Below, in pieces: positions 16,948 through 25,181 of a DNA stretch of 64,000 nucleotides (its first letter is position 1; every line of letters begins with the position of its first letter). The notes beneath the pieces are model-generated. The model was not told where the DNA came from, did no database searches, and was given only the letters and a program-made list of their open reading frames with translations. The stretch is from a candidate division WOR-3 bacterium (lineage in GTDB: Bacteria > Hydrothermota > Tepidihabitantia > Tepidihabitantales > Tepidihabitantaceae), in NCBI GenBank assembly GCA_024653355.1, contig JANLFQ010000003.1, positions 6,931 to 70,930 on the forward strand. The letters are read 5' to 3'. A program made the position numbers and the translations under genes.

Positions 16948-17739
16948 ATGGCAAAGCGTTACGACTATACCGGTAAAGATGTGCAGGAGGTTTACGACGG
17001 TCCGGGTGGTCTGCTCTGGGAGGCGGTAATGGGTGAGCAGATTCACTCAGGTGGACCTGATGCCACTGACCGGCTGGCACAGGCGCTGGGTCTGAAGCCC
17101 GGGATGCATGTGCTTGATGTGTGCAGTGCGCTGGGCGCACCGGCAAGGCAGATCGCCCAGAAGTATGGGGTCAAAGTTACCGGTCTTGACTTCACAAAGA
17201 CAATGCTGGAAAAGGCGCGGCAGCGGACCAAAGAGGCGGGTCTTGACCATCTGATTACCTTTGTTGAAGGCAATGCGCTTGATATGCCGTTCAAGGCGAA
17301 CACCTTTGATGTGGTCTGGGGGCAGGAGGCGTGGTGCTATGTGACCGACAAGGAACTGCTGGCGCGGGAGTGCTATCGGGTGCTGAAGCCAGGCGGGAAG
17401 ATTGGTTTTACCGACTGGGTGATTACTGGAAAGGTGGAGGAGGATTTGCTGGCAAAACTTTACGAGTCGATGGCGTTTCCTTATATGGAGACCTTTGAAG
17501 GCTGGCAGGAGGTTCTGCGCCGTGCCGGGTTTAAAATCCTTGATGCCCAGGACCAGACTGAGGAGTTCGCCCGCTGCTTTGATGATTACAAGGTGATGGT
17601 GGAGGAGAAACTGAAGCCGACAATTCTTCAGAACTTCGGCAACGACCTTTACCAGTTTGCGGTGAATTTAGTTAATATGTGGCGGGATGCGGCGCATCGG
17701 CATCAGGTGGGCAGAGGCTTTTACATCGGGCAGAAGTGA
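16948..17739 (+). CDS. class I SAM-dependent methyltransferase
   Basis: SD AAAGGAGG upstream. Motif I VLDVCSALGAPARQIA, then VTGLDF, FDVVWGQEAW and VLKPGGKIGFTDW. Substrate cannot be determined. Confidence 0.75.
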   Translation: MAKRYDYTGKDVQEVYDGPGGLLWEAVMGEQIHSGGPDATDRLAQALGLKPGMHVLDVCSALGAPARQIAQKYGVKVTGLDFTKTMLEKARQRTKEAGLDHLITFVEGNALDMPFKANTFDVVWGQEAWCYVTDKELLARECYRVLKPGGKIGFTDWVITGKVEEDLLAKLYESMAFPYMETFEGWQEVLRRAGFKILDAQDQTEEFARCFDDYKVMVEEKLKPTILQNFGNDLYQFAVNLVNMWRDAAHRHQVGRGFYIGQK

Positions 17740-17873
17740 GACGGCGTATCCTGTTCTGGGTGCTGATTGGGCTCGGTGCTGGGGCGCTGATTTTTGGCTC
17801 TTTAGTTGGCGCCTGGGCACGCATTGGCTACTTCAGCAGCCAGATATGCCTCTCCTGTATGGGCATGGTTTAG
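17736..17873 (+). CDS. 45-aa membrane peptide with C-terminal CxxC (not in ORF track as such)
   Basis: GTG overlaps the methyltransferase stop (GTGA). It encodes MRRRILFWVLIGLGAGALIFGSLVGAWARIGYFSSQICLSCMGMV: positive N-terminus, one TM helix, CLSC. It ends 17 nt before the next ATG. Confidence 0.4.
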   Translation: MRRRILFWVLIGLGAGALIFGSLVGAWARIGYFSSQICLSCMGMV

Positions 17874-17889
17874 GAAAAAGGAGGTGTTT

Positions 17890-19689
17890 ATGAGAGGTAA
17901 GTTGCTGATAGTTGCCGGGCTGTTTTTCGCGTTCGGCGTCGCACTGGCAACCCAGCGGGTGATGGTGATGGAAGATTTCACCGCCACCTGGTGCACCTAT
18001 TGTCCGGGTGCGGCACGCGGTGCCGAGGAGTTGAAGTTCCGGGCGTTTGATTCGGTGGTGGTGATTGCCTATCATTCGTCAAACAGCGACCCGTTTTACA
18101 CTGCAGAGGCGGCAAGCCGGATGAGTTACTACGGCGTGACCGGCTATCCGACGATGCGCCTGGATGGCGGACAAGCGGTGGTGGGCGGATTGCACTACGG
18201 CACGATGTATCCGACCTACCGGCAGTTCTTTGACACCCGCAAACTGGAGCCAAGTCCGCTTGATATTAAGCTGGCGGTCACCTATGACTCAGCAACGCGC
18301 AGCGGGGTGTTGACAATCGTGGTTCGCAACACCAGTTCGAGTGCGGTGAGCGGGCAGTTGCACACGGTTCTGACCGAGAGTCACATCTACTACCCGTGGC
18401 AGGGCATGGACAGTCTGCACGATGTAGAACGGCTGATGTTGCCCAATGCCAGCGGTGAGGCGATAACGGTCAACCCCGGGGATTCGGTGGTGCGGACGAG
18501 AAATTTCACCATCAATGCCGGCTGGGTGGCAAGGAACTGCGAGTTTGTCGTGTTCGTGCAGAACAACACCACGAAGTGGATGTATCAGGGTGCGAGTATC
18601 GGGGTGATTGCCGAGCCGGAACTGGAGTTTGTCGGTTATCAACCGGTGCGGCCGCTCCCGGGGCAGAGTTTCAACCTGACGGTCGGGGTGCGCAACATCG
18701 GTAGTACGGCGCTGAGCGGCGCGAGCGCGGTATTGACAACCGACGACCCGTATCTTACGGTTGTTCAGGGAACGAGCAGTTTCGGGCAGATCAACCGGGG
18801 CGCAGATGGTTACTGCGCTACGCCGTTTCAACTGCAGGTGAGTTCTTCGTGCCCGGACCCGCATCGGGCGACGCTTCGGCTGGTAGTTTCGAGTACCGAT
18901 ATGGGCGTGGATACAATGACATTTCCTTTGAACATAACAACCAGCCCGGGTTTTGCCGATGATATGGAACACGGCATCGGGGGCTGGACTCACAGCGGCA
19001 CCAGTGACAACTGGCACCTTTCAACTTATCGTTCCTCATCACCGAGTTACTCCTGGTACTGCGGGGTGGAGTCAAACCACCAGTACACGAATGAGAACGA
19101 CTCCCGTTTGATGACCCCGTTTTTCACTCTGGGCGACTCTGCCTGGGTGCGGTTCAAGCATTACTACGACACCGAGGCGGACTATGACTTCTGCATCCTG
19201 GAGATAAACAACGGTTCGCCGTTCTGGGTACCGCTCGGGATGTGGAGTGGCTCAAGTAACGGCTGGCAGCAGGAGGCGATAGATTTGAGCCCGTTCCGCA
19301 ACCAGACAGTGCGGTTGAGGTTCCGGTTTATCAGCGACTACAATGTCACGGGCGAGGGCTGGTATGTTGACGACTTTGAATGTGGCGCCCAGGTCGGAGT
19401 TGCCGAACCGCGGGTGAATCAGGTGCTGCCAATGGTTCTGGTAAGCAGTCCGGTGCGAATGCGGGCACAGGTGCGGTTTGTGCTGCCCGCCGGGGTTAAG
19501 GCAGAGGCGCAAGTTTACGACATCACCGGAAAGATGGTGCGGCAACTGGGCGACAATCTGAGTGGGACCGGTACGGTGGTGTGGAATCTGACCGACCAGA
19601 GGGGTAAAAAGGTGAGTTCGGGCGGTTACTTTATCCGGCTCTCTTACAGTAACAGTACGGTCAGTGTGCCGGTAGTGGTTGCGAGGTAA
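17890..19689 (+). CDS. secreted thioredoxin-fold (CxxC) / Ig-like / choice-of-anchor-like protein with T9SS CTD
   Basis: ATG at 17890 follows AAAAAGGAGG; signal peptide. VMVMEDFTATWCTYCPGAARG thioredoxin-like motif. The C-terminal beta-sandwich (GGWTHSG..DNWHLS...VRLRFRFISD...GWYVDDFEC) resembles choice-of-anchor/MAM-like domains. Tail is AQVYDITGKMV...GGYFIRLSYSNSTVSVPVVVAR. Confidence 0.7.
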   Translation: MRGKLLIVAGLFFAFGVALATQRVMVMEDFTATWCTYCPGAARGAEELKFRAFDSVVVIAYHSSNSDPFYTAEAASRMSYYGVTGYPTMRLDGGQAVVGGLHYGTMYPTYRQFFDTRKLEPSPLDIKLAVTYDSATRSGVLTIVVRNTSSSAVSGQLHTVLTESHIYYPWQGMDSLHDVERLMLPNASGEAITVNPGDSVVRTRNFTINAGWVARNCEFVVFVQNNTTKWMYQGASIGVIAEPELEFVGYQPVRPLPGQSFNLTVGVRNIGSTALSGASAVLTTDDPYLTVVQGTSSFGQINRGADGYCATPFQLQVSSSCPDPHRATLRLVVSSTDMGVDTMTFPLNITTSPGFADDMEHGIGGWTHSGTSDNWHLSTYRSSSPSYSWYCGVESNHQYTNENDSRLMTPFFTLGDSAWVRFKHYYDTEADYDFCILEINNGSPFWVPLGMWSGSSNGWQQEAIDLSPFRNQTVRLRFRFISDYNVTGEGWYVDDFECGAQVGVAEPRVNQVLPMVLVSSPVRMRAQVRFVLPAGVKAEAQVYDITGKMVRQLGDNLSGTGTVVWNLTDQRGKKVSSGGYFIRLSYSNSTVSVPVVVAR

Positions 19690-19692
19690 GAG

Positions 19693-20454
19693 GTGCGGTT
19701 AAACAGGGGCAGGTTGCTGTTTTTCTTCAGCAGCCTGCTCCTGATTTTCGGCTGTTCGGATGCGCCTTTGATTCCCCTCGTGCCGACCGATCGGGTGGTG
19801 CTGGTGGAATTTTTTACCTGGCAGCGCTGCGTTTACTGCCCGTATGCGGCACGGGCGCTGGACAGTTTGCAGAAGGAGTTTGCCGACAGCGTGGTGGTGA
19901 TTGCCTATCACCGCCGGGTTGCGGGTGACACCCTTTCACCGGCGTATGTTGAGGAGCGGCGCCAAATTTATTACGAGTCCGGCGGTGAACCAGCAACAAT
20001 TTTTGATGGCGGTCCGGTGGTGCGCACCCCGGGACCGGAGTACAACTACGAAACTTTTAAGAACTACATCCTCGGGGCAAAGGCGGTTTTACCGCAAGTG
20101 GAACTGGCGGTCGCGGTGCAGCGCGACTCTTCGCGGGCAACTGTTGTCGTCCGGGTTTTTGGCGTAGATTCCACACCCGCGGAAAGTTTACGGCTTTTTA
20201 TTGTGATAACCGAGGATTCGGTGCGGGCGGCTTTGACCGGGGCAACCGATTCGGTTTTCAACGATGTGATGCGGGCGATGCTGCCTGATGTCAATGGTTT
20301 GCCCTGCTGGTTGCGCCGGGGTGATAGTCTCCGGTTTGAACAGACGGTTCAATTTCCGGTTCACTGGAATCCCGGGCAGTTGAATGTGGTTTGTTTTGTT
20401 CAGGAGCCTTCAAGCCGGCGGGTTCTGCAAGCCTGCCATAAGAAATTGAATTGA
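19693..20454 (+). CDS. thioredoxin-fold (CxxC) lipoprotein, paralogous to the N-terminus of 17890-19689
   Basis: Lipobox LIFGC. RVVLVEFFTWQRCVYCPYAARALD...DSVVVIAYH aligns with RVMVMEDFTATWCTYCPGAARGAE...DSVVVIAYH. GTG start lies 3 nt after the upstream stop. Confidence 0.65.
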   Translation: MRLNRGRLLFFFSSLLLIFGCSDAPLIPLVPTDRVVLVEFFTWQRCVYCPYAARALDSLQKEFADSVVVIAYHRRVAGDTLSPAYVEERRQIYYESGGEPATIFDGGPVVRTPGPEYNYETFKNYILGAKAVLPQVELAVAVQRDSSRATVVVRVFGVDSTPAESLRLFIVITEDSVRAALTGATDSVFNDVMRAMLPDVNGLPCWLRRGDSLRFEQTVQFPVHWNPGQLNVVCFVQEPSSRRVLQACHKKLN

Positions 20455-20469
20455 CAACAGGGGGTGAAT

Positions 20470-21048
20470 ATGAAAAGGTTGGTTTTTTGTCTGATGATTC
20501 TGGCGGGATGGGTGATGCCGGTGCAAGCCGATTACAGTTTTACCTTTGTGTGCCGGAGTGATACCCTGCAACAGGTAGTACCGGGCGGTGTTGGCGTTTA
20601 CTACTTCACCCTGACCAACACCGGGACCGAACCCGATGTTTATCTGTTTGACTGCCGGATTTTGCAGGAGGTGCCGGGCTGGAGCGCAATATACTGTTTG
20701 CGCGGGCGTTGTGTTGAACCCGGGGTGCCGATGTTTGACTCGCTGGCGCCGGGCGAGGTGGATACGACTATTGACATCACGGTGTTCACGACCAATACCG
20801 AGGGCGAAGAAGTGATTCAGATGACGGTGACTTCTCAGGGCGACCCATCACAGGTCAGTTCAATTAAGACTTACACCCGGGTGAGTTGCGGGGTTGAAGA
20901 AGGGGTAACTTATCTTGAGCGTAAGCCGCTGCCCGGTCTGATGTTTGATTATGCCGGAAGAAGGGTACGGACGGTGTTGACACCCGGCGTTTATTTTGTC
21001 CGTCAAGATTCCGGTGCCGGTTTTAAGAAAGTCGTTGTCCTTCGTTAG
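20470..21048 (+). CDS. secreted Ig-like protein with short T9SS-CTD-like tail
   Basis: ATG at 20470 (MKRLVFCLMILAGW...) is preferred to the listed GTG at 20464. Four conserved-looking Cys residues. Tail is GVYFVRQDSGAGFKKVVVLR. Confidence 0.55.
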   Translation: MKRLVFCLMILAGWVMPVQADYSFTFVCRSDTLQQVVPGGVGVYYFTLTNTGTEPDVYLFDCRILQEVPGWSAIYCLRGRCVEPGVPMFDSLAPGEVDTTIDITVFTTNTEGEEVIQMTVTSQGDPSQVSSIKTYTRVSCGVEEGVTYLERKPLPGLMFDYAGRRVRTVLTPGVYFVRQDSGAGFKKVVVLR

Positions 21049-21057
21049 GGGTGTAAT

Positions 21058-22101
21058 TTGAGGAAAAGGGGTCTTTTGAGTTATGCCCGCGCCGCGGGCT
21101 GCGCGGGTAAGGCGTGTCAGACAGACCTGTTTGCTATGCTGGACGGGTTGCCCGTTTTTCACCATCCCGATTTGCTGGTGAGCGGGGCAACCGCGGACGA
21201 TGCCGGAATTTTTCGGCTGGATAAAAACCGGGCGCTGGTTCTGACGGTGGATGTTTTACCACCGGTTGCCGACGAACCTTATGTTTTCGGACAGATTGCG
21301 GCAGCGAACTCCCTCTCGGATGTGTATGCGATGGGTGGCAAACCGCTCGCGGCACTGGCGATTCTCGGAGTGCCGGTTGAAGAGATTGAGTTTACGACGG
21401 TGCGGACCGTGCTCGCCGGTGCCTGGGACAAGGTGAAGGAGGCGGGTGCGGTTGTTGCCGGCGGTCACACGGTAAGAGATTTAGAGTTGAAGTTCGGGCT
21501 GGCGGTAACCGGAATTGTTCATCCCGAAAAGGTGGTGACCAACGCCGGTGCCAGACCCGGTGACCGGTTGCTGTTGACAAAACCGCTCGGGACCGGGGTG
21601 ATTACAACCGCCCAGAAGCACCACCAGGCACCGCCGCAACTGGTGGCAAAGGTGAACAAATTGATGGCGCAGTTGAATCGCGCGGCAGCAGAAGCGATGA
21701 CCGCGGTTGGGGTGAACGCGGCAACCGACATCACCGGTTTCGGGTTGCTGGGGCATTGCTGGGAGATGGCACAGGCGAGCGGAGTTGACATAGTAATCAA
21801 GGCGGACGCAGTGCCTTTTCTCCCCGGGGTTCAGAGGCTGGCTGAGGAAGGGTGGTTTCCGGGCGGAACATTGAAGAATTATGAGTTTATTAGAAGACGA
21901 GCGGAGTTTGCCCGGGGGATAAATAAGACGCTGCGGCTTTTACTGTGTGATGCCCAGACTTCAGGCGGTTTGTTGATTGCGGTGTCCGAAAAGAAGTTTG
22001 CCCGGCTGGAGCAAGAGTTAATAAGAGCCGGCGTTTCGGAGTTCAAGGAGGTTGGGGTAGTAACAGTTGGCACCGGCCGGGTGCGGGTGGTGGCGCGATA
22101 A
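21058..22101 (+). CDS. selD: selenide, water dikinase (selenophosphate synthetase), Cys type
   Basis: LLSYARAAGCAGKACQTDL aligns with E. coli LTQYSHGAGCGCKISPKVL, with Cys at the Cys17/Sec position and the Lys retained. DDAGIF, GQIAAANSLSDVYAMGGKP and the AIR-synthase-like fold are also present. Confidence 0.9.
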   Translation: MRKRGLLSYARAAGCAGKACQTDLFAMLDGLPVFHHPDLLVSGATADDAGIFRLDKNRALVLTVDVLPPVADEPYVFGQIAAANSLSDVYAMGGKPLAALAILGVPVEEIEFTTVRTVLAGAWDKVKEAGAVVAGGHTVRDLELKFGLAVTGIVHPEKVVTNAGARPGDRLLLTKPLGTGVITTAQKHHQAPPQLVAKVNKLMAQLNRAAAEAMTAVGVNAATDITGFGLLGHCWEMAQASGVDIVIKADAVPFLPGVQRLAEEGWFPGGTLKNYEFIRRRAEFARGINKTLRLLLCDAQTSGGLLIAVSEKKFARLEQELIRAGVSEFKEVGVVTVGTGRVRVVAR

Positions 22102-22106
22102 GTTTG

Positions 22107-22134
22107 TTGCCGTGGTCCGGTCATTTCCTATAAT
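22107..22134 (+). promoter_or_regulatory. candidate internal promoter abutting the corrinoid-protein start codon
   Basis: TTGCCG (22107-22112), 16-nt spacer, TATAAT (22129-22134), then only 9 nt (no SD) before ATG 22144. Confidence 0.4.
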
Positions 22135-22143
22135 ATTTAATCT

Positions 22144-22782
22144 ATGGAAAACTCCCGGGATTTATTTTCCTTGCTCGTTGATGCGGTTGTTGCCCTTGAC
22201 CCGGTGCGGGTAGCGCAACTTTGTCAGGAAGCGTTGCGCCAGGGTTTGGCACCTGAGGAGGCGCTGGAGAAAGGTCTGGCACGGGGAATGCGGGTCGTGG
22301 GTGAGAAGTTTGCCGCCCGGGAGTTTTTTGTCCCGGAGGTGCTTCTGGCATCAAAGGCGATGTATGCCGGGTTTGATATCCTGAAGGAACAACTGCCCAG
22401 GGGAACGCGAAGCCGGGGCCGGGTGGCGCTGGGTGTGGTGCAGGGTGATATCCACGACATCGGCAAGAACATCGTTAAGGTGATGGTGCAGGCGGCAGGG
22501 TTTGAGGTTGTGGATTTAGGAAGGAATGTGCCGATTGAGCGGTTTGTCACCGCCGCTGAAGAAGGTGTCCAGATTGTCGGGATGTCTTCTTTGATGACAA
22601 CGACGATGCCCAATATGGCAAAGGTGATTGAGGCACTGAAAAAGCAGGGGTTGCGGGAACGGGTGAAGGTGCTGGTCGGCGGTGCACCGGTGACGCGCCT
22701 TTTTGCCGAACGGATTGGTGCGGACGGTTATGCGCCTGATGCCCACAGTGCGGTGGTTGAGGTTGAACGATTGTTGAAATAG
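22144..22782 (+). CDS. corrinoid (cobalamin-binding) methyl-carrier protein, MtaC/MtbC-like
   Basis: N-terminal helical B12-binding_2-type domain, then DIHDIGKNIV (D.H..G), SSLMTTT (S.L) and VLVGGAP (GG) motifs of base-off/His-on corrinoid binding. Confidence 0.9.
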   Translation: MENSRDLFSLLVDAVVALDPVRVAQLCQEALRQGLAPEEALEKGLARGMRVVGEKFAAREFFVPEVLLASKAMYAGFDILKEQLPRGTRSRGRVALGVVQGDIHDIGKNIVKVMVQAAGFEVVDLGRNVPIERFVTAAEEGVQIVGMSSLMTTTMPNMAKVIEALKKQGLRERVKVLVGGAPVTRLFAERIGADGYAPDAHSAVVEVERLLK

Positions 22783-22785
22783 AAA

Positions 22786-23778
22786 GTGGCAAGGGCAAAA
22801 GAGCGATTGAGAACCGTTTTACAGCCTGACTTGTCCCGGGTCAAACCGCCGCTGGTGTTTCCGATTGTGGTGGCAAATCATGCCGCTTGGGTCGCGGGTG
22901 AACGGTTGAGCCGGGCTTTGACCGATAGCCGAATTTTGAGCGCCGTGCTCTATCAAGCATATCGGCTTTACAATTATGACCTGATTATGGTGTTTGCTGA
23001 TGTCCTTGTTGAGGCGGAGGCGATGGGGTGCGAGATTGAGATGGCGGAAGACGAGCCACCGATTCTGGTCCGGGCTGCCGGACAAAGGGCACAGGTTGTC
23101 AATCCGGTCCGGGCATGCCGGATGCCAATGATTCTTGATGCGACTGAAGGACTGGTGCGGATGGCGGGTAAAGATGTTTATGTCCTGACATCGCTCAAGG
23201 GTCCATTTTCCCTTGCCAGTTTTCTTGCTGGACCAGAGGAGTTTTTTGAGATTTTACTATCGGCACCAGAGCGGGCAGCGCAATTTCTGCGCCTGGCGAC
23301 CGAGAATCAGAAAATCTTTGCCCGGGAGATTGTGAAGCGGGGTGGGGTGCCATTTATCGGTGACCCGATGGCTTCTGGTAGTGTTATAAGTCCGGCACTG
23401 TTTGAGCGGTTTGCCCTGCCCTATTTGAAGGAACTGGTGGCGGCGATTCACCAGCTGGGCTCCTGGACCGGGTTGCATATCTGCGGCGACACGACCAAGA
23501 TTTTGCGGCTGATGTGCGCTACCGGTGCCGAGATTATAAGTGTTGACGAGATGGATATCGGTTTTGTCCGGCAGGAGGTGGGCGCGGACCGGGTGATTAT
23601 GGGTAATGTGTCAACCGGGTTGCTGGAGAGCGGCAGACCGGAACAGATTTATCAGGCGGCGCAGGACTGTTTGAAAAAGGGGTTGCCGAAGATGATTCTT
23701 GCCAGCGCCTGCGATGTACCGACAGCAACACCGGTGGCGAATGTGCAGGCGCTGGTTTCGGCGGCACAGGGGTGGTGA
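22786..23778 (+). CDS. MtaA/CmuA (uroporphyrinogen-decarboxylase) family methyltransferase, Zn type
   Basis: URO-D-like TIM-barrel sequence with HICGDT and SACDVP, matching the His-x-Cys...Cys zinc ligands of MtaA-type MT2 enzymes. Confidence 0.8.
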   Translation: MARAKERLRTVLQPDLSRVKPPLVFPIVVANHAAWVAGERLSRALTDSRILSAVLYQAYRLYNYDLIMVFADVLVEAEAMGCEIEMAEDEPPILVRAAGQRAQVVNPVRACRMPMILDATEGLVRMAGKDVYVLTSLKGPFSLASFLAGPEEFFEILLSAPERAAQFLRLATENQKIFAREIVKRGGVPFIGDPMASGSVISPALFERFALPYLKELVAAIHQLGSWTGLHICGDTTKILRLMCATGAEIISVDEMDIGFVRQEVGADRVIMGNVSTGLLESGRPEQIYQAAQDCLKKGLPKMILASACDVPTATPVANVQALVSAAQGW

Positions 23779-25181
23779 TGATTGTTCGCTGTAAACCAGC
23801 GGGGTGTAAGTCGCTGCTGGAACTGTTATGGGCTCAGGATATTGATTTACCGGGCGATTGCGGCGGCAGGGGTTCGTGCGGCAAGTGCCGGGTGCGGCTG
23901 TTGTCCGATGGTTCTTATGTGCTTGCCTGTCAGTTTGTGCCCAAGCGTTCGGTGGTGGTTGAGATTGAGGGCAATTTCAATAAAGCGGTGCGCGGTAAAC
24001 GTAGTGGTGCAGGACACCCTGAAATCAGGCATAAGGATACGGTGGTGGTTGCGGACATCGGCACGACAACTTTACGGCTGGCATTGGTTGACCGGGTAAA
24101 AGGGCGGCGGATTAAAACCGTAACGCAGTTAAATCCGCAGATAAGATTCGGTGCTGATGTCCTTACCCGGATAAGCCAGGAAAAGAAGGTGCGCCGGGCA
24201 GGACTGGGCAATTGTCTCCAAGAGTTTATCAGCCAGAACAGGGTTTGGCGGTCAAATCCGGTCACGGTGGTGGGCAATACGGTGATGATGCACTTTGTTT
24301 TCGGGAAGAGTCCGAAGGGTTTAGGTCAATTTCCCTATCGCCCGAACCTGCCTTTGCGCCGGGTGATTCAAAGAAAGCAGGACGGCCTGAAGTTGTGTAC
24401 CCTGCCGCTGCTCGGTTCGTTCATCGGCAGTGACTGCACCGCTGCGATTCTCGCGGCAGGGATAAACCAGACCGAAAGGTTGACACTTTTAGTTGATGCC
24501 GGGACCAACGGTGAGGTGGTATTAGGTAACCGGCACAAAATTGTTGCCTGTTCAACTGCGGCCGGACCGGCTTTTGAGGGGGCAACTTTGAGTTGTGGTG
24601 CTCTTGCCGTACCAGGGGCGATTACCGGTTGCCGGTTTTACCGGGGAAGATGGGTCGTGAAGACGGTGGGGAACAAAGTTCCAACTGGAATCTGCGGTTC
24701 TGGGGTGCTGGATGCTATTGCCGAGGCGGTGCGTACTGGATTGATTGAACCCGGGGGCAGGCTGAAGCAGGGGGAACGGCTTCAGATTTACGGTGCGGAG
24801 CCGGCAGGGGTTTACCTGACGCAGGCGGACATCAGGGAGGTGCAACTCGCCAAGGCGGCGATTGCCAGCGGCATAAAATTACTCCATAAAGAGTGGTCCG
24901 GAAGACCGATTGAACGGGTGGTGATAACCGGTCGGTTTGGGGGCAGGTTGAACAGTCAGGCGGCAATGGCGATTGGACTTTTGCCGGTCGTGCCCGCAGC
25001 GGTGGTAAAACAAAAGCCCGACTTGGCGCTTGCGGGCGCGATAAAGGCGGTGCTTGCGCCCGATGTTCTGAAACAGGCGGCGGATTTGAGTGCCCGTGTT
25101 ACCGAAATTCGGCTCGCCGAACACCCGGATTTTGAAGCGATGTTTGTTGAGTCACTGGCACTAACAGAATGGCGATTTTAG
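23778..25181 (+). CDS. RamA/RACE-type ATP-dependent reductive activase of corrinoid proteins (2Fe-2S ferredoxin + ASKHA domain)
   Basis: CGGRGSCGKCRV...ACQ 2Fe-2S motif, then ASKHA phosphate motifs (VVADIGTTTLRLALVD, LLVDAGTNGEVVLG). ATG 23778 overlaps the upstream stop (TGATG); a GTG at 23772 is an alternative start. Confidence 0.75.
   Translation: MIVRCKPAGCKSLLELLWAQDIDLPGDCGGRGSCGKCRVRLLSDGSYVLACQFVPKRSVVVEIEGNFNKAVRGKRSGAGHPEIRHKDTVVVADIGTTTLRLALVDRVKGRRIKTVTQLNPQIRFGADVLTRISQEKKVRRAGLGNCLQEFISQNRVWRSNPVTVVGNTVMMHFVFGKSPKGLGQFPYRPNLPLRRVIQRKQDGLKLCTLPLLGSFIGSDCTAAILAAGINQTERLTLLVDAGTNGEVVLGNRHKIVACSTAAGPAFEGATLSCGALAVPGAITGCRFYRGRWVVKTVGNKVPTGICGSGVLDAIAEAVRTGLIEPGGRLKQGERLQIYGAEPAGVYLTQADIREVQLAKAAIASGIKLLHKEWSGRPIERVVITGRFGGRLNSQAAMAIGLLPVVPAAVVKQKPDLALAGAIKAVLAPDVLKQAADLSARVTEIRLAEHPDFEAMFVESLALTEWRF

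Noticed and set aside
17806-17889. Longer N-terminus for the thioredoxin-fold CTD protein (listed ORF start 17806).
   Set aside because: The extension has no SD and overlaps the small CxxC peptide frame. ATG 17890 has AAAAAGGAGG and is followed by a proper signal peptide.
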